Origin: a virus
Length of the DNA: 64,000 bases
Direction: 5' to 3' (one strand)
Virus record (IMG/VR): IMGVR_UViG_3300043778_000098
Span: 15,504-79,503 of that record
The notes beneath the pieces were generated by a model, which was not told where the DNA came from, did not search any database, and worked only from the letters and a program-made list of their open reading frames with translations. The translations under genes were made by a program, and so were the position numbers. Positions within the stretch are counted from its first letter, which is position 1; each line of letters begins with the position of its first letter. This document shows, piece by piece, positions 55,012 to 64,000 of the stretch.

Positions 55012-56831
55012 TGGCCAGCGCCTCCGACATCTCCTCGGCGATGGCCGCCGTCCTGGCCGCCAGCGAGCCCGACCTGGACACTTCCGTAGGCTCGGTGACC
55101 AGGAAGATCATCGACGCCGTGGCGGCGAGCATCGCCTCCGCCACCCTGGACAGCCAAATGCTCGCCTACCAGTACGACGTGAACGCGATGACCGGCGCCG
55201 CGCTCGACGCGTTCGTCCAGCAGTTCGGCATGACCCGCTACCCGGCCCTGCGGTCCACCGGCGTCGTCACCTTCACGCGGGGCACCGCCACCGACGTGGT
55301 GACCATCCCCGTCGGGGCCCAGGTGGGCAGCGTCGACGGAAGCGTCGTCGCCCAGACCCTGACGGCGGCCGTCCTCAACCCGGCCGCCCTGTCGGCGTCG
55401 GTGCCAGTCCAGTCGGTGACCGCCGGGCCCGGCGGCAACGCCCCGGCCGGGGCCATGACGCAGATCCTCACCCCGGTCTCCGAGATCACGTCCGTCACCA
55501 ACGTCAACGCCCTGTCCGGAGGGGCCAACCAGGAGACGGACACCCAGCTTCAGGCCCGGTTTTCCGCCAGCGCCTTCAAGAACATGGCCGGGACCAGCCA
55601 GATGTTCCTCGGCATCGCGACCAACGACCCGGACTGCACGGCGGCCAACGTCCTCGACGGCGCCACCCGGTTCCGCGAGCAGCTCCAGATCGCCAGCGGC
55701 CAGGCGGTCAGCACGGTCTCCGGCGCCCAGTACGTCTACGCCTACGGCGAGGTGGTCGGCCAGGACATCGACAACGGCGACGTCGCCGCCCCCGGCGTCC
55801 AGTACACCTGGGACTACGAGGCCGTCCCGCCCTCCGTCGTCGTGATCGACAGCAGCTACTTCCCCGCAGGCCAGCTGATCGACGTCAGCTACCTCTACAT
55901 GGACGAGTTCTCCCGCAACGACCCCGCGTCCGGGATCTACAGCCGGGTCGACGTCTGGTGCGCCGGGTCCCGCCCCACCGCCGCCGCCGCCACGGTCAAG
56001 TACACGAGCGCGACCACCTTCTCCTCGTCCGCCGAGTCGGACTGGTACGCCGGGGACTTCGTCCGCCCTGACGGCGCCCAGCCGGCGCCGGGGAACGTCT
56101 ACATCGCGCTGCCCTACGGGCCGATCCTGACCCTCCCGCCGACGATGACGCTCGACGGCGTGACCTACGGCCTGGCCAGCCCCCAGTACCCGCTGGGGAC
56201 CGTCTCGGGCGGCGTCACCTACGCCTACCAGATCATCCACCGCACCGGCGCCTACGGCTGGAGCCCCTACTCCGACTTCGGGATCGAGTGGCTCGCCTCG
56301 GCGCAGCCGCCCAGCGGGGTCCCGGTCACCGTCAGCGAGGACTACACCTACAACGACGTCCCCTACGCCATCCAGCAGAACCTGGAGAACTGGCGGCTGG
56401 CCGGGACCGACGTCCAGGCCCACCAGGGCATCGTGGTCTCGCTCCAGTTCAGCCTCGCGATCGTCTACGACCCGTCGGTCACCCAGTCGGTCACGCAGGC
56501 CGCCGTCAGCGCCTCGCTCCATGCCTACCTGTCGCAGCTCGGCTTCAGCTCGCGGATCTACCCCAGCTCCGTCATCCAGGCGGTGGAGGGCACCCCGGGG
56601 GTCCTGGCGTCGCGGTTCCTCACCGGAGCCGACTACCCCGACTGGTCCCCGTCCGCGCCCGACGACTTCGACGTCGGCATCCAGCAGGTCTACGACGGGG
56701 TGGTGGTGGCCAGCTACGTCGACTCCAGCGGGAACCCGGTCGACGTCTCCTTCGGGGCGGCCCAGCTGCCCAGCTTCGGCGGCGCCGTGCTGGTGACCAA
56801 GGCCAACAACACCATAGGAGCTTTTGCGTAG
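55011..56831 (+). CDS. Baseplate J-like protein
   Basis: STGVVTFTR...GPGGN...GGANQETDTQLQAR. Confidence 0.85.
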   Translation: MASASDISSAMAAVLAASEPDLDTSVGSVTRKIIDAVAASIASATLDSQMLAYQYDVNAMTGAALDAFVQQFGMTRYPALRSTGVVTFTRGTATDVVTIPVGAQVGSVDGSVVAQTLTAAVLNPAALSASVPVQSVTAGPGGNAPAGAMTQILTPVSEITSVTNVNALSGGANQETDTQLQARFSASAFKNMAGTSQMFLGIATNDPDCTAANVLDGATRFREQLQIASGQAVSTVSGAQYVYAYGEVVGQDIDNGDVAAPGVQYTWDYEAVPPSVVVIDSSYFPAGQLIDVSYLYMDEFSRNDPASGIYSRVDVWCAGSRPTAAAATVKYTSATTFSSSAESDWYAGDFVRPDGAQPAPGNVYIALPYGPILTLPPTMTLDGVTYGLASPQYPLGTVSGGVTYAYQIIHRTGAYGWSPYSDFGIEWLASAQPPSGVPVTVSEDYTYNDVPYAIQQNLENWRLAGTDVQAHQGIVVSLQFSLAIVYDPSVTQSVTQAAVSASLHAYLSQLGFSSRIYPSSVIQAVEGTPGVLASRFLTGADYPDWSPSAPDDFDVGIQQVYDGVVVASYVDSSGNPVDVSFGAAQLPSFGGAVLVTKANNTIGAFA

Positions 56832-56844
56832 GAAGGGAGGGCAG

Positions 56845-58224
56845 ATGCCCCAGACAGTCAGCGACCCGGGCGCCACCACGGGGATCATCACCAACGGCGG
56901 CACGGACCTATTCTCTTACCCCAACGTCCAGCAGCCGTCGATCCTCGGCCTCCAGACCCCCGCCACCCAGCCGCTGCCGCCCGGCACCGACTCGGCCACC
57001 AACCTGCTGCTGCCCGGCCAGCAGGTCGCCGCCCAGCTCGTCAACTTCCCGTCGAACGTCTACGACACGGCCCCCACGTCGCTGCTGTACCACTTCATGG
57101 CCGCCCTCCTGGGCGACGCCGGGACCGGGCAGCTCCGCAAGCGGCAGATGGTCGCCCGCCTCCAGCAGGCGGTCAGCTCCACCCAGTTCTACGACCTCGA
57201 CAGCTTCTACGGCGCGCTGTTCGGGGCGCAGCGGGGCCCCTCGGGGGCCCTCCCGGCCAACCCGGCCACCGGCCTGCCGACGTCCCCCTACACCGATCTG
57301 GCGAGCCCGGACGGCTGGGACGAGGTGCTCGCGGCCGACGCCGTCTTCCGCGAGCGGGTCATCCAGCTGGCGCGGGCCATCACCCTCGGCGGGACCGTCC
57401 CCGGGCTGCGGGCGCTCGCCGAGGCGGTCACCGGCGTCACCTGCCAGGTCTGGGAGACCTGGCGGGTCATCGACAACGCCTCCGGCCCGTCGCCCGGCTA
57501 CAACACCTGGCAGCAGACCGAGACGTCCTACCCGCTGTGGTCAGACGTCCCCGGGCCGCTGACCTGGCAGGGCGTCGAGGGGTACGTCACCTTCGCCGGG
57601 TTCAACGCCAACGGCGTCCCGAGCGAGATCGTCATCCAGCCGAGGAAGTCCTACCCGTCCACCCTCGCAGGGCAGCGACAGCAGGGCGCCGACATGTTCG
57701 GGGTCCTGTCGGTGGTGGAGGCCCTCAAGCCCGCCGCGTCGCTGGTGAGCGTCAGCCCGCAGGGCATCCAGTCGCTGGTCCCGCTGCCGATCGCGGCGGC
57801 GTGGGCCGACTCGGAGAACCAGGAGATCGTGCAGGTGGTGACGCCCAACGCGCCCGCCACGGCCGCCTACGCCCCGATCGTGAACTCCTACCAGGGCGCC
57901 AACGCCGAGCAGCTCCCCCCAGGCTCGTACATCCAGGCCGCCCCTGTGATGTCGCGGACCTCCACCGGCCAGTTCACGTCGGCCGGCGACGTCACCTCGG
58001 TCACCGCCCAGGCCGTGATCGGCAGCGGCCCAAACGGCGCGGTCGTCACCGACGGGCAGGACTTCCAGACGGTCGCGTTCGGCGGCTCGTCGTACTTCCA
58101 GTACCTGCCGGCCCTCGGCGTGATGCCGCCCGCCAAGGCAGCGACCGCCCGGTCGGCGTCGCCCGTCGCGGTCCGCTGCGCGCCCTACTCCGGCCCCCGC
58201 TCCCCGGTGATGACGAGCACATGA
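56845..58224 (+). CDS. Baseplate wedge/tail protein
   Basis: SD GGAGG; follows the J-like gene. Confidence 0.65.
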   Translation: MPQTVSDPGATTGIITNGGTDLFSYPNVQQPSILGLQTPATQPLPPGTDSATNLLLPGQQVAAQLVNFPSNVYDTAPTSLLYHFMAALLGDAGTGQLRKRQMVARLQQAVSSTQFYDLDSFYGALFGAQRGPSGALPANPATGLPTSPYTDLASPDGWDEVLAADAVFRERVIQLARAITLGGTVPGLRALAEAVTGVTCQVWETWRVIDNASGPSPGYNTWQQTETSYPLWSDVPGPLTWQGVEGYVTFAGFNANGVPSEIVIQPRKSYPSTLAGQRQQGADMFGVLSVVEALKPAASLVSVSPQGIQSLVPLPIAAAWADSENQEIVQVVTPNAPATAAYAPIVNSYQGANAEQLPPGSYIQAAPVMSRTSTGQFTSAGDVTSVTAQAVIGSGPNGAVVTDGQDFQTVAFGGSSYFQYLPALGVMPPAKAATARSASPVAVRCAPYSGPRSPVMTST

Positions 58225-61200
58225 CGACGCCCGGCAGCGTCCAGTTCCCGGGCACGTTCCCGACGCCCGCCGTGGCGCCCGTCTACATCGACGGCATCCC
58301 GGCGCCGCTGGCGTCCCCGCCTGTCACCCAGCAGTCCTCGCAGGATTTCTGGTCGTCTCAGCCGCGCCACTCCTACGACCAGACGGCCGAGGAGCTGACG
58401 ATCTCCCTCGGCCAGACCCGGACCGTCAACTACATCACCCTTGACCTCCCGCACTTCCCGCACACCGCCTGGTTCTGGTGGTGGGACGGGACCCAGTGGG
58501 AGCCGCTCCTGACCCCCACCGGGGCGCCGCTGGCCATCATCACGGCCGGGTCGGTGCCCGCGATCGTGGACAACCCGGCGGCGCTCAACGCGGGGCTGAA
58601 CCCCTACCACTACGGCGCCGGCCACTGGGTGCACTACGACGAGCAGGTCGCCCAGGTATCGACCAACAAGCTGCTGCTGCACATGGTGCGCACGCCGGCC
58701 CCCGGGCAGCAGGTGCCCGTCACCCCCGCCGGGGCGGCCTCCCCCTACCCGCTCGGCGTGCGCAACCTCGACTTCGGGCTCCGGATCATGACGGCCGCCG
58801 ACGTCCCGCCCGCCCAGCGGGACCCCGAGATCGTCACCCAGCGGCAGCCGTTCACGACCGGCACCGACGTCAACGGCTCCCCCGTCCAGGTCGCCGTCCG
58901 CGAGAACCGGGCCTGCGACCTGCTGGCGGGGTCCACCTGGCGGTGCGCCCCGCAGCCGTCGGCCTCCTCGGTCGCCAGCCTCTACCTCGACTCCCGCGAC
59001 GCCAGCGGGAACCCCCAGCTAGTCAGCGCGTTCGCCCTCCAGCCGGTCACCTCCGGCGTCCGGTTCAACCTCTACTGGTCGGCCGAGCCGCCGCCCGCCG
59101 GGACCGTCTTCGAGGCACTCGACGACCCGCTCGCCCAGGGGCTGCTCAGCGCCGAGGGGACGCAGCCGCCGGTTCCCGCCGCCCAGGGCGTCGTCTTCGG
59201 CCAGCAGCCGGGCTGGCTCGACCTGTCCAACCAGGCCTCCGGCATCGGCTTCTCCGAGCCCTGGTGGATGGGCATCGAGGTCATGCCGACGTTCACCGAC
59301 GAGGACCCGACGACCTACATGATCGCCGACGCCGGCATCTTCCAGATCTCCTGCACGCAGGGCGCCTGGACCGTCACCCTGCCCGACCCGGCCAGCCCGT
59401 CGCCGTACCCGTCGGGCGCGGTCCTCGGGGAGTGGGAGCTGACGTTCAGCCCGGGCGACCGGATCCAGTTCGTCGCCGGGTACGACGGCGCGCGCGCGTT
59501 CGCCTGGACCCCGGCGGGCGCCCTGTTCCAGATCCCGGCGACGCCCCTGGCCCAGGCGGAGATCATCAGGTTCGGCGGGGCCCAGGACGTCGACCCCGAC
59601 GAGGAGGTGCTCGGCGGGTACTTCACGCTCACCGGCTTCATCCTCAAGCAGGAGCAGGCGCAGTTGGCCGAGGGGGTGCCATCCGACTTCGAGTTTTTCG
59701 CGGCGGGGGCTTCGGCCTACGTCTCCCCGGCGCTGCCGCCCCCCGGGGCGGCACTCCAGGCTGAGGAGACCGACACCACCCAGAACGCGGTGGCCCGCTT
59801 CGACCCGTCGTTCGTGCTCGGGTCTGTCTGCCCGTGGGGCTTCATCGGCGGTCTCGGCTCCTCCTACGAGTCGTGCTCGTGGACCATGGTCCCGCGCAGC
59901 TACGTCCTGTCGCAGGGGTACGTCGAGTTCGACCCGGTGCTGGCTGCGGCCTGGAAGTTCGAGTTCACCGCCCTCCAGCCGGAGACCTACGAGTACCTGG
60001 CGCCGGTCGTCCAGACGGCGCAGGTGTTCCCCGCCGCCGCGCAGCCGACCCCGGCCCAGCTCAACCCGACCTCCCCGGCTGCGCTCGACGCCGGCCTCAC
60101 CGTCACGCAGGCGATGGCCCCGGCGATCACCTTTGACGACGCGCCGCCCGCTAACCCGGCTCCCCCGGCCGCCGGGACCGTGCTGCCCACCGAGGCGCTG
60201 TACGCGCCCGACCTGACGGCGGCGTCCCAGCTGGCGGCGGCCGGCGGCGCGCTCTACAGCTTCCAGCCGTGGCAGGCGCCCCAGGCGATCCCCGCGTCGG
60301 CCTCCGGGCCGGCCTCCTACGCCGAGGTATCGGTCTCCAACGCCCAGCGGGTCGGCTACTTCGTCGCCCTCTCCGGCATCTCGATGTACGCCTCCGACTA
60401 CAGCGCCGCCGACGACACGGCCCAGTACACCGAGAGCTTCGCCACCGATTCGGGCGTCAGCGTGTCATCCCTCGCGCCGGGCGGCTGGGCCTTCCAGCCG
60501 GGGGCGGGCCTCGTCACGCCCGCGAACCTCTCGCCGGAGGGGGCCACGGTGCAAAGCCAGGTGCTCAACTCGGCCCACGCCGTCACCGGCGTCCAGTTCG
60601 CCACCGTCCAGTCCCCGCCGACGCAGCTGCTGGCCGACCCCGACTTCTCCCAGCCCGGCTTCCCCGGCTGGGGCCCCGTCGGCGACGCCCTCCCGCTTGC
60701 CCTGTCGGCGGCCTCGGCCCAGTTGGGGACCATGGCCCAGGTGACGAGGGGCAGCGCGCCGAACCCGGCGGCCGAGCAGCCGTCCAGCTGGTCCTACCTG
60801 GATTCCGGCTACCCCACCTGGCAGGCCCTGGAGACGGCCTTCCCCGCCTGGCTCGACTTCGGCGCCCTGCCGGCCGCCTCCTCCATAGGCGGGATCGCGT
60901 ACACCGACGCACCTGTGGCTACCTCCCCGGGCGGCCGGGCCTACGCGGCGGCACGGGTCTTCTCGCCGACGGCGCTCACCGCCCCTCTCGTTCTCCAGCT
61001 GCTCGACGGAGCAACCGGGACGGTGCTGGCCGAGGCCGAGCAGGCCGTGGCGGGCGGCACCGTCACCGAGTGGTTCGCCGGGTTCACCCTGGGATCGGGG
61101 GAGGCGTCCGCGAATACCTGGCAGGACGTCGAGTCCCTGTACCCCGACTGGTCGGCGGCCTCCGGATCCGGCGACTGGGAGCAGATGGACACCTCGATCG

Positions 61201-62708
61201 TGCCGCTCGGCGCGACGGTCACCGCCCAGCTCATCCAGCAGGTTTCCACAGGCGATAGCTGGGCTGTGGACAACATCAGCGTCTTCGACGACGCGATCGT
61301 CTGGCAGTTCAGCAACGACGGCGGCGCCACCTGGTACGACGCCTACGACGTCCGCAACGACCCGCGCGGCGCCGTCCTGTTCGCGCCCCCCGGCCAGGGC
61401 CAGGGCACCCAGCTCATGTGGCAGGCCTCGGGCTACCAGCCGGGCCTCGCGATCAGCTCCGTCACGATCCGCCCCTGGTACGTGACCTGGCCGAGGGGGA
61501 TCCCCCCGCGCCCCGCCGGGATCGGCCACGGGCCCAACCTGGCGCCGCTCGACCAGTACCCGCCGATCGAGGACGACCCGCGCTGGCAGATGTCCTCGGG
61601 CCCGGTGCCCGACGACTGGTTCTTCGCGGTCCGCCAGGCTCTCGGAGTCGCCGCCCCGCCCAGCGATTTCCCGGCCGGGACCCCGCAGGCGGGCGGCGCC
61701 TATTCCCGGCGCACCATCACCTGGGAGCCGCCCGCCCCGCCGGCGGGCGAGGCCCAGACCTGGAGCGACGTCTACACCGACACCTACACCGGCCTCTATG
61801 CGCCAGCCGACGGCGGGGACGTCTACACCGACAGCTATAACGACAACTACCCCGACGACTACCCGGCGACCACGGGCGCCGTCTGGAGCGGCGCGGGCGC
61901 CCTGTCCTCCGCCGCAGCCCTCTCGGCTGCGGCCGTGATCGTCCCCCTCCCCGTGTTCGGCGTCGGCGTCGACCTCGGCCCCGTCGCCGCGTCCGACCCG
62001 TCGGTGGCCGCGTGGGCCACCGTGTCGGCCGCCGCAGTGCCGGCCCGCAGGATCGCCCTCGGCAACCAGATCCCCGACACTCTCGGCTCCTCCCCGGCGG
62101 CGGGCGACGCGGGCGCGCGGCGCGTGCTGTTCGACTTCCAGCCCGACGCGACGACCACCCCCGCCCAGCTCACCGCCTTCCTCGCCAGCTGCGCGGCCGG
62201 CGGCCTGGAGGCATCGGTGTCGATCTGGGCCGGGGCCGACGCGGCCTTCGCCAACCCGCAGGACTGGCTGGACCTGGTGGCCGCCTACGCCCCGAGCATC
62301 CGCCTCAACGGGTACCGGCACGTCCTGACGGTCTCCAGCGCCGCCGCCGGCTCCGGCTGGCTGGCCGCCTGGTACCCGGGCGACGACCTGGTGGACGTCA
62401 TCGCCCCCACGTTCTGGTGCCAGGGCCCTGCCCCGGGCACCGGCGCCCCCAACCTGGCCGCCGCCGCCGCGTTCGCCGACCTGCACGGCAAGCCGCTCGG
62501 CCTGGCCGGGTTCGGCGCCGACCACGTGGCCTACACCGCTGCGCAGAGCATCGCCTTCATCGCCTACGTCCAGGAGACGTTCGCCGCCCGGAAGGCGGCC
62601 GTCATCCCCGGCTACGACCTGATCTGGCTCGGCACCGGGAACTACTCGATCGTCACCGCCCCGGCCGCCGTGCTAGCGGCCTGGCAGGCCATGGCCGAAG
62701 CCCTGTAA
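58221..62708 (+). CDS. Large baseplate/tail protein with C-terminal GH26-like domain
   Basis: ATGA overlap; WYPGDDLVDVIA...HGKPLGLAGFG. Confidence 0.7.
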   Translation: MTTPGSVQFPGTFPTPAVAPVYIDGIPAPLASPPVTQQSSQDFWSSQPRHSYDQTAEELTISLGQTRTVNYITLDLPHFPHTAWFWWWDGTQWEPLLTPTGAPLAIITAGSVPAIVDNPAALNAGLNPYHYGAGHWVHYDEQVAQVSTNKLLLHMVRTPAPGQQVPVTPAGAASPYPLGVRNLDFGLRIMTAADVPPAQRDPEIVTQRQPFTTGTDVNGSPVQVAVRENRACDLLAGSTWRCAPQPSASSVASLYLDSRDASGNPQLVSAFALQPVTSGVRFNLYWSAEPPPAGTVFEALDDPLAQGLLSAEGTQPPVPAAQGVVFGQQPGWLDLSNQASGIGFSEPWWMGIEVMPTFTDEDPTTYMIADAGIFQISCTQGAWTVTLPDPASPSPYPSGAVLGEWELTFSPGDRIQFVAGYDGARAFAWTPAGALFQIPATPLAQAEIIRFGGAQDVDPDEEVLGGYFTLTGFILKQEQAQLAEGVPSDFEFFAAGASAYVSPALPPPGAALQAEETDTTQNAVARFDPSFVLGSVCPWGFIGGLGSSYESCSWTMVPRSYVLSQGYVEFDPVLAAAWKFEFTALQPETYEYLAPVVQTAQVFPAAAQPTPAQLNPTSPAALDAGLTVTQAMAPAITFDDAPPANPAPPAAGTVLPTEALYAPDLTAASQLAAAGGALYSFQPWQAPQAIPASASGPASYAEVSVSNAQRVGYFVALSGISMYASDYSAADDTAQYTESFATDSGVSVSSLAPGGWAFQPGAGLVTPANLSPEGATVQSQVLNSAHAVTGVQFATVQSPPTQLLADPDFSQPGFPGWGPVGDALPLALSAASAQLGTMAQVTRGSAPNPAAEQPSSWSYLDSGYPTWQALETAFPAWLDFGALPAASSIGGIAYTDAPVATSPGGRAYAAARVFSPTALTAPLVLQLLDGATGTVLAEAEQAVAGGTVTEWFAGFTLGSGEASANTWQDVESLYPDWSAASGSGDWEQMDTSIVPLGATVTAQLIQQVSTGDSWAVDNISVFDDAIVWQFSNDGGATWYDAYDVRNDPRGAVLFAPPGQGQGTQLMWQASGYQPGLAISSVTIRPWYVTWPRGIPPRPAGIGHGPNLAPLDQYPPIEDDPRWQMSSGPVPDDWFFAVRQALGVAAPPSDFPAGTPQAGGAYSRRTITWEPPAPPAGEAQTWSDVYTDTYTGLYAPADGGDVYTDSYNDNYPDDYPATTGAVWSGAGALSSAAALSAAAVIVPLPVFGVGVDLGPVAASDPSVAAWATVSAAAVPARRIALGNQIPDTLGSSPAAGDAGARRVLFDFQPDATTTPAQLTAFLASCAAGGLEASVSIWAGADAAFANPQDWLDLVAAYAPSIRLNGYRHVLTVSSAAAGSGWLAAWYPGDDLVDVIAPTFWCQGPAPGTGAPNLAAAAAFADLHGKPLGLAGFGADHVAYTAAQSIAFIAYVQETFAARKAAVIPGYDLIWLGTGNYSIVTAPAAVLAAWQAMAEAL

Positions 62709-62718
62709 GGAGGCAGTC

Positions 62719-64000
62719 ATCCGAGCCCATTTTTGGTCCACGGTGACCGACGGCACCGGGGCCCTGCTCCCGGGCACCGCGATCGCCGTGCTCGTCAACG
62801 AGACCGACACCCTCGTCGGGGTCCCCGTCTACTCCGACGGCACCACTTCGAATCTGCTGTCCAACCCGTGGATTACCACTGACGGGACAGTCGATTTCTA
62901 CCTCGACTCCCCGCAGCGGGTCGACCTCCAGGTCACGCCGCCCGGGCAGAGCGCCGTCCTGTGGTCCGACGTGGACGTCCAGGTGTCCGCGCTGACGACG
63001 GTGGACCTGGTGTTCGCCTCCGGCGGGTCCTCCTCCACCGCCGTCGGGAACGACGCGTCCGCCGCAGGCTCGTCCGCCGCCGCCTTCGGCGATACCTCGT
63101 CGGCCGCCGGGAACGACTCCTTCGCGGGCGGCCAGTCGGCCTCGGCATCGGGCCCCGCCTCCACCGCGCTCGGCCAGGACGCGGCTGCCTCGGCCCAGTC
63201 CTCGACCGCCGTCGGCCAGGGCGCCACGGCCGCCGGGACGTCGTCGGTGGCGCTCGGCACGGCCGCGTCCGCTTCGGCGGCCGACGCCACGGCGCTCGGC
63301 GTGGGGGCCACGGCGGGGGGGACCGGGGCCACCGCGATCGGCGAGGGGGCCAGCGCCTCCGGGACCAACTCGACGGCCGTCGGCGCCGGCGCCACCGCCA
63401 CGGGAAACAACCAGGTGGTCCTCGGCGGGCCCGGGAGCACCGTCGTCGTCCCCGGCACCCTGGACGCGGCCTCGGCGATCGCCTTCTACGGCATGTTCGG
63501 AAACGGCCAGGGCGGCGCCGTCACCCTCGACGGGACGACCTCCTGGCCGGGGCTGTCGCTGTCCGGGTCGGCCTACACGATGCAGGAGGGGTTCCTCACC
63601 GGCGGCCCGTCCTCGCTGACTGTCGACTCGGGGGTCACCCTCGACACCGCCGGGCTCCCCCTGCTGGTGGACGGCCCGCTGGTGAACAACGGGACGATCG
63701 CCAACACCGGGCCGGCCGGGTCCGGGTCTTCCCCCGGCGGCTTCGCCGGGAACATCATGTACGCCGCCTTCGAGGGCGCCGCCGCCGGCGTCAACGCCGG
63801 TTCGGCCGCCTCCGCCGCCGGGTCGACCGCAGCCGGGGCGGGAGGCGCAGGGGGCGCCAGCCCGGCCAAGGGGTCGGGGGGCGCCGGGGGCACGGTCGCC
63901 TCCTCGTCAGGGACGGCGGCCTGGCGCGTCCCGTACGCCGCGATGGCCGGGGTGGCGGCCTGGGGCGGGGCCGCCGCCGTGCTCGGCGGCGGGGCCGGGG
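62719..64000 (+). CDS. Tail fibre with YadA-like head repeats (runs off window; probable ATC start)
   Basis: SD AAGGAGG-N5-ATC; (M)RAHFWSTVTD...; STA(V/L)GxxAxAxG repeats. Confidence 0.65.
   Translation, partial: MRAHFWSTVTDGTGALLPGTAIAVLVNETDTLVGVPVYSDGTTSNLLSNPWITTDGTVDFYLDSPQRVDLQVTPPGQSAVLWSDVDVQVSALTTVDLVFASGGSSSTAVGNDASAAGSSAAAFGDTSSAAGNDSFAGGQSASASGPASTALGQDAAASAQSSTAVGQGATAAGTSSVALGTAASASAADATALGVGATAGGTGATAIGEGASASGTNSTAVGAGATATGNNQVVLGGPGSTVVVPGTLDAASAIAFYGMFGNGQGGAVTLDGTTSWPGLSLSGSAYTMQEGFLTGGPSSLTVDSGVTLDTAGLPLLVDGPLVNNGTIANTGPAGSGSSPGGFAGNIMYAAFEGAAAGVNAGSAASAAGSTAAGAGGAGGASPAKGSGGAGGTVASSSGTAAWRVPYAAMAGVAAWGGAAAVLGGGAG

Overview
High-GC fragment of a large actinobacterial myovirus. 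The gene order resembles Bxz1/cluster C phages as I recall them; no database search was possible. BldC, DUF397 and Lsr2 genes suggest a filamentous actinomycete host. Layout: 1-8.6 kb is the head module (scaffold/protease C-terminus, decoration and beta-helix proteins, major capsid). 8.6-19 kb holds small accessory genes, many leaderless. 19-30.5 kb holds leftward structural genes. 30.5-37.7 kb is a minus-strand array of about 38 tRNAs covering all 20 amino acids, mixed with tRNA-like and other structured RNAs. 38.2-38.8 kb is an iteron-like, AT-rich candidate origin. 38.8-64 kb is the contractile tail module. Main discoveries: (1) The tail tube gene is broken by a 15-nt TCT-TTA-GGA-GCC-TAG-TCT element with the hallmarks of UUA-triggered translational bypassing. 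(2) A stand-alone ncRNA in the tRNA array mimics the 23S rRNA L11/thiostrepton-binding domain (H43-H44). (3) The array also carries circularly permuted, anticodon-less tRNA-like RNAs and frequent U33C changes. (4) A 17-bp motif sits between back-to-back leaderless promoters. All tRNA and structure calls were folded by eye.
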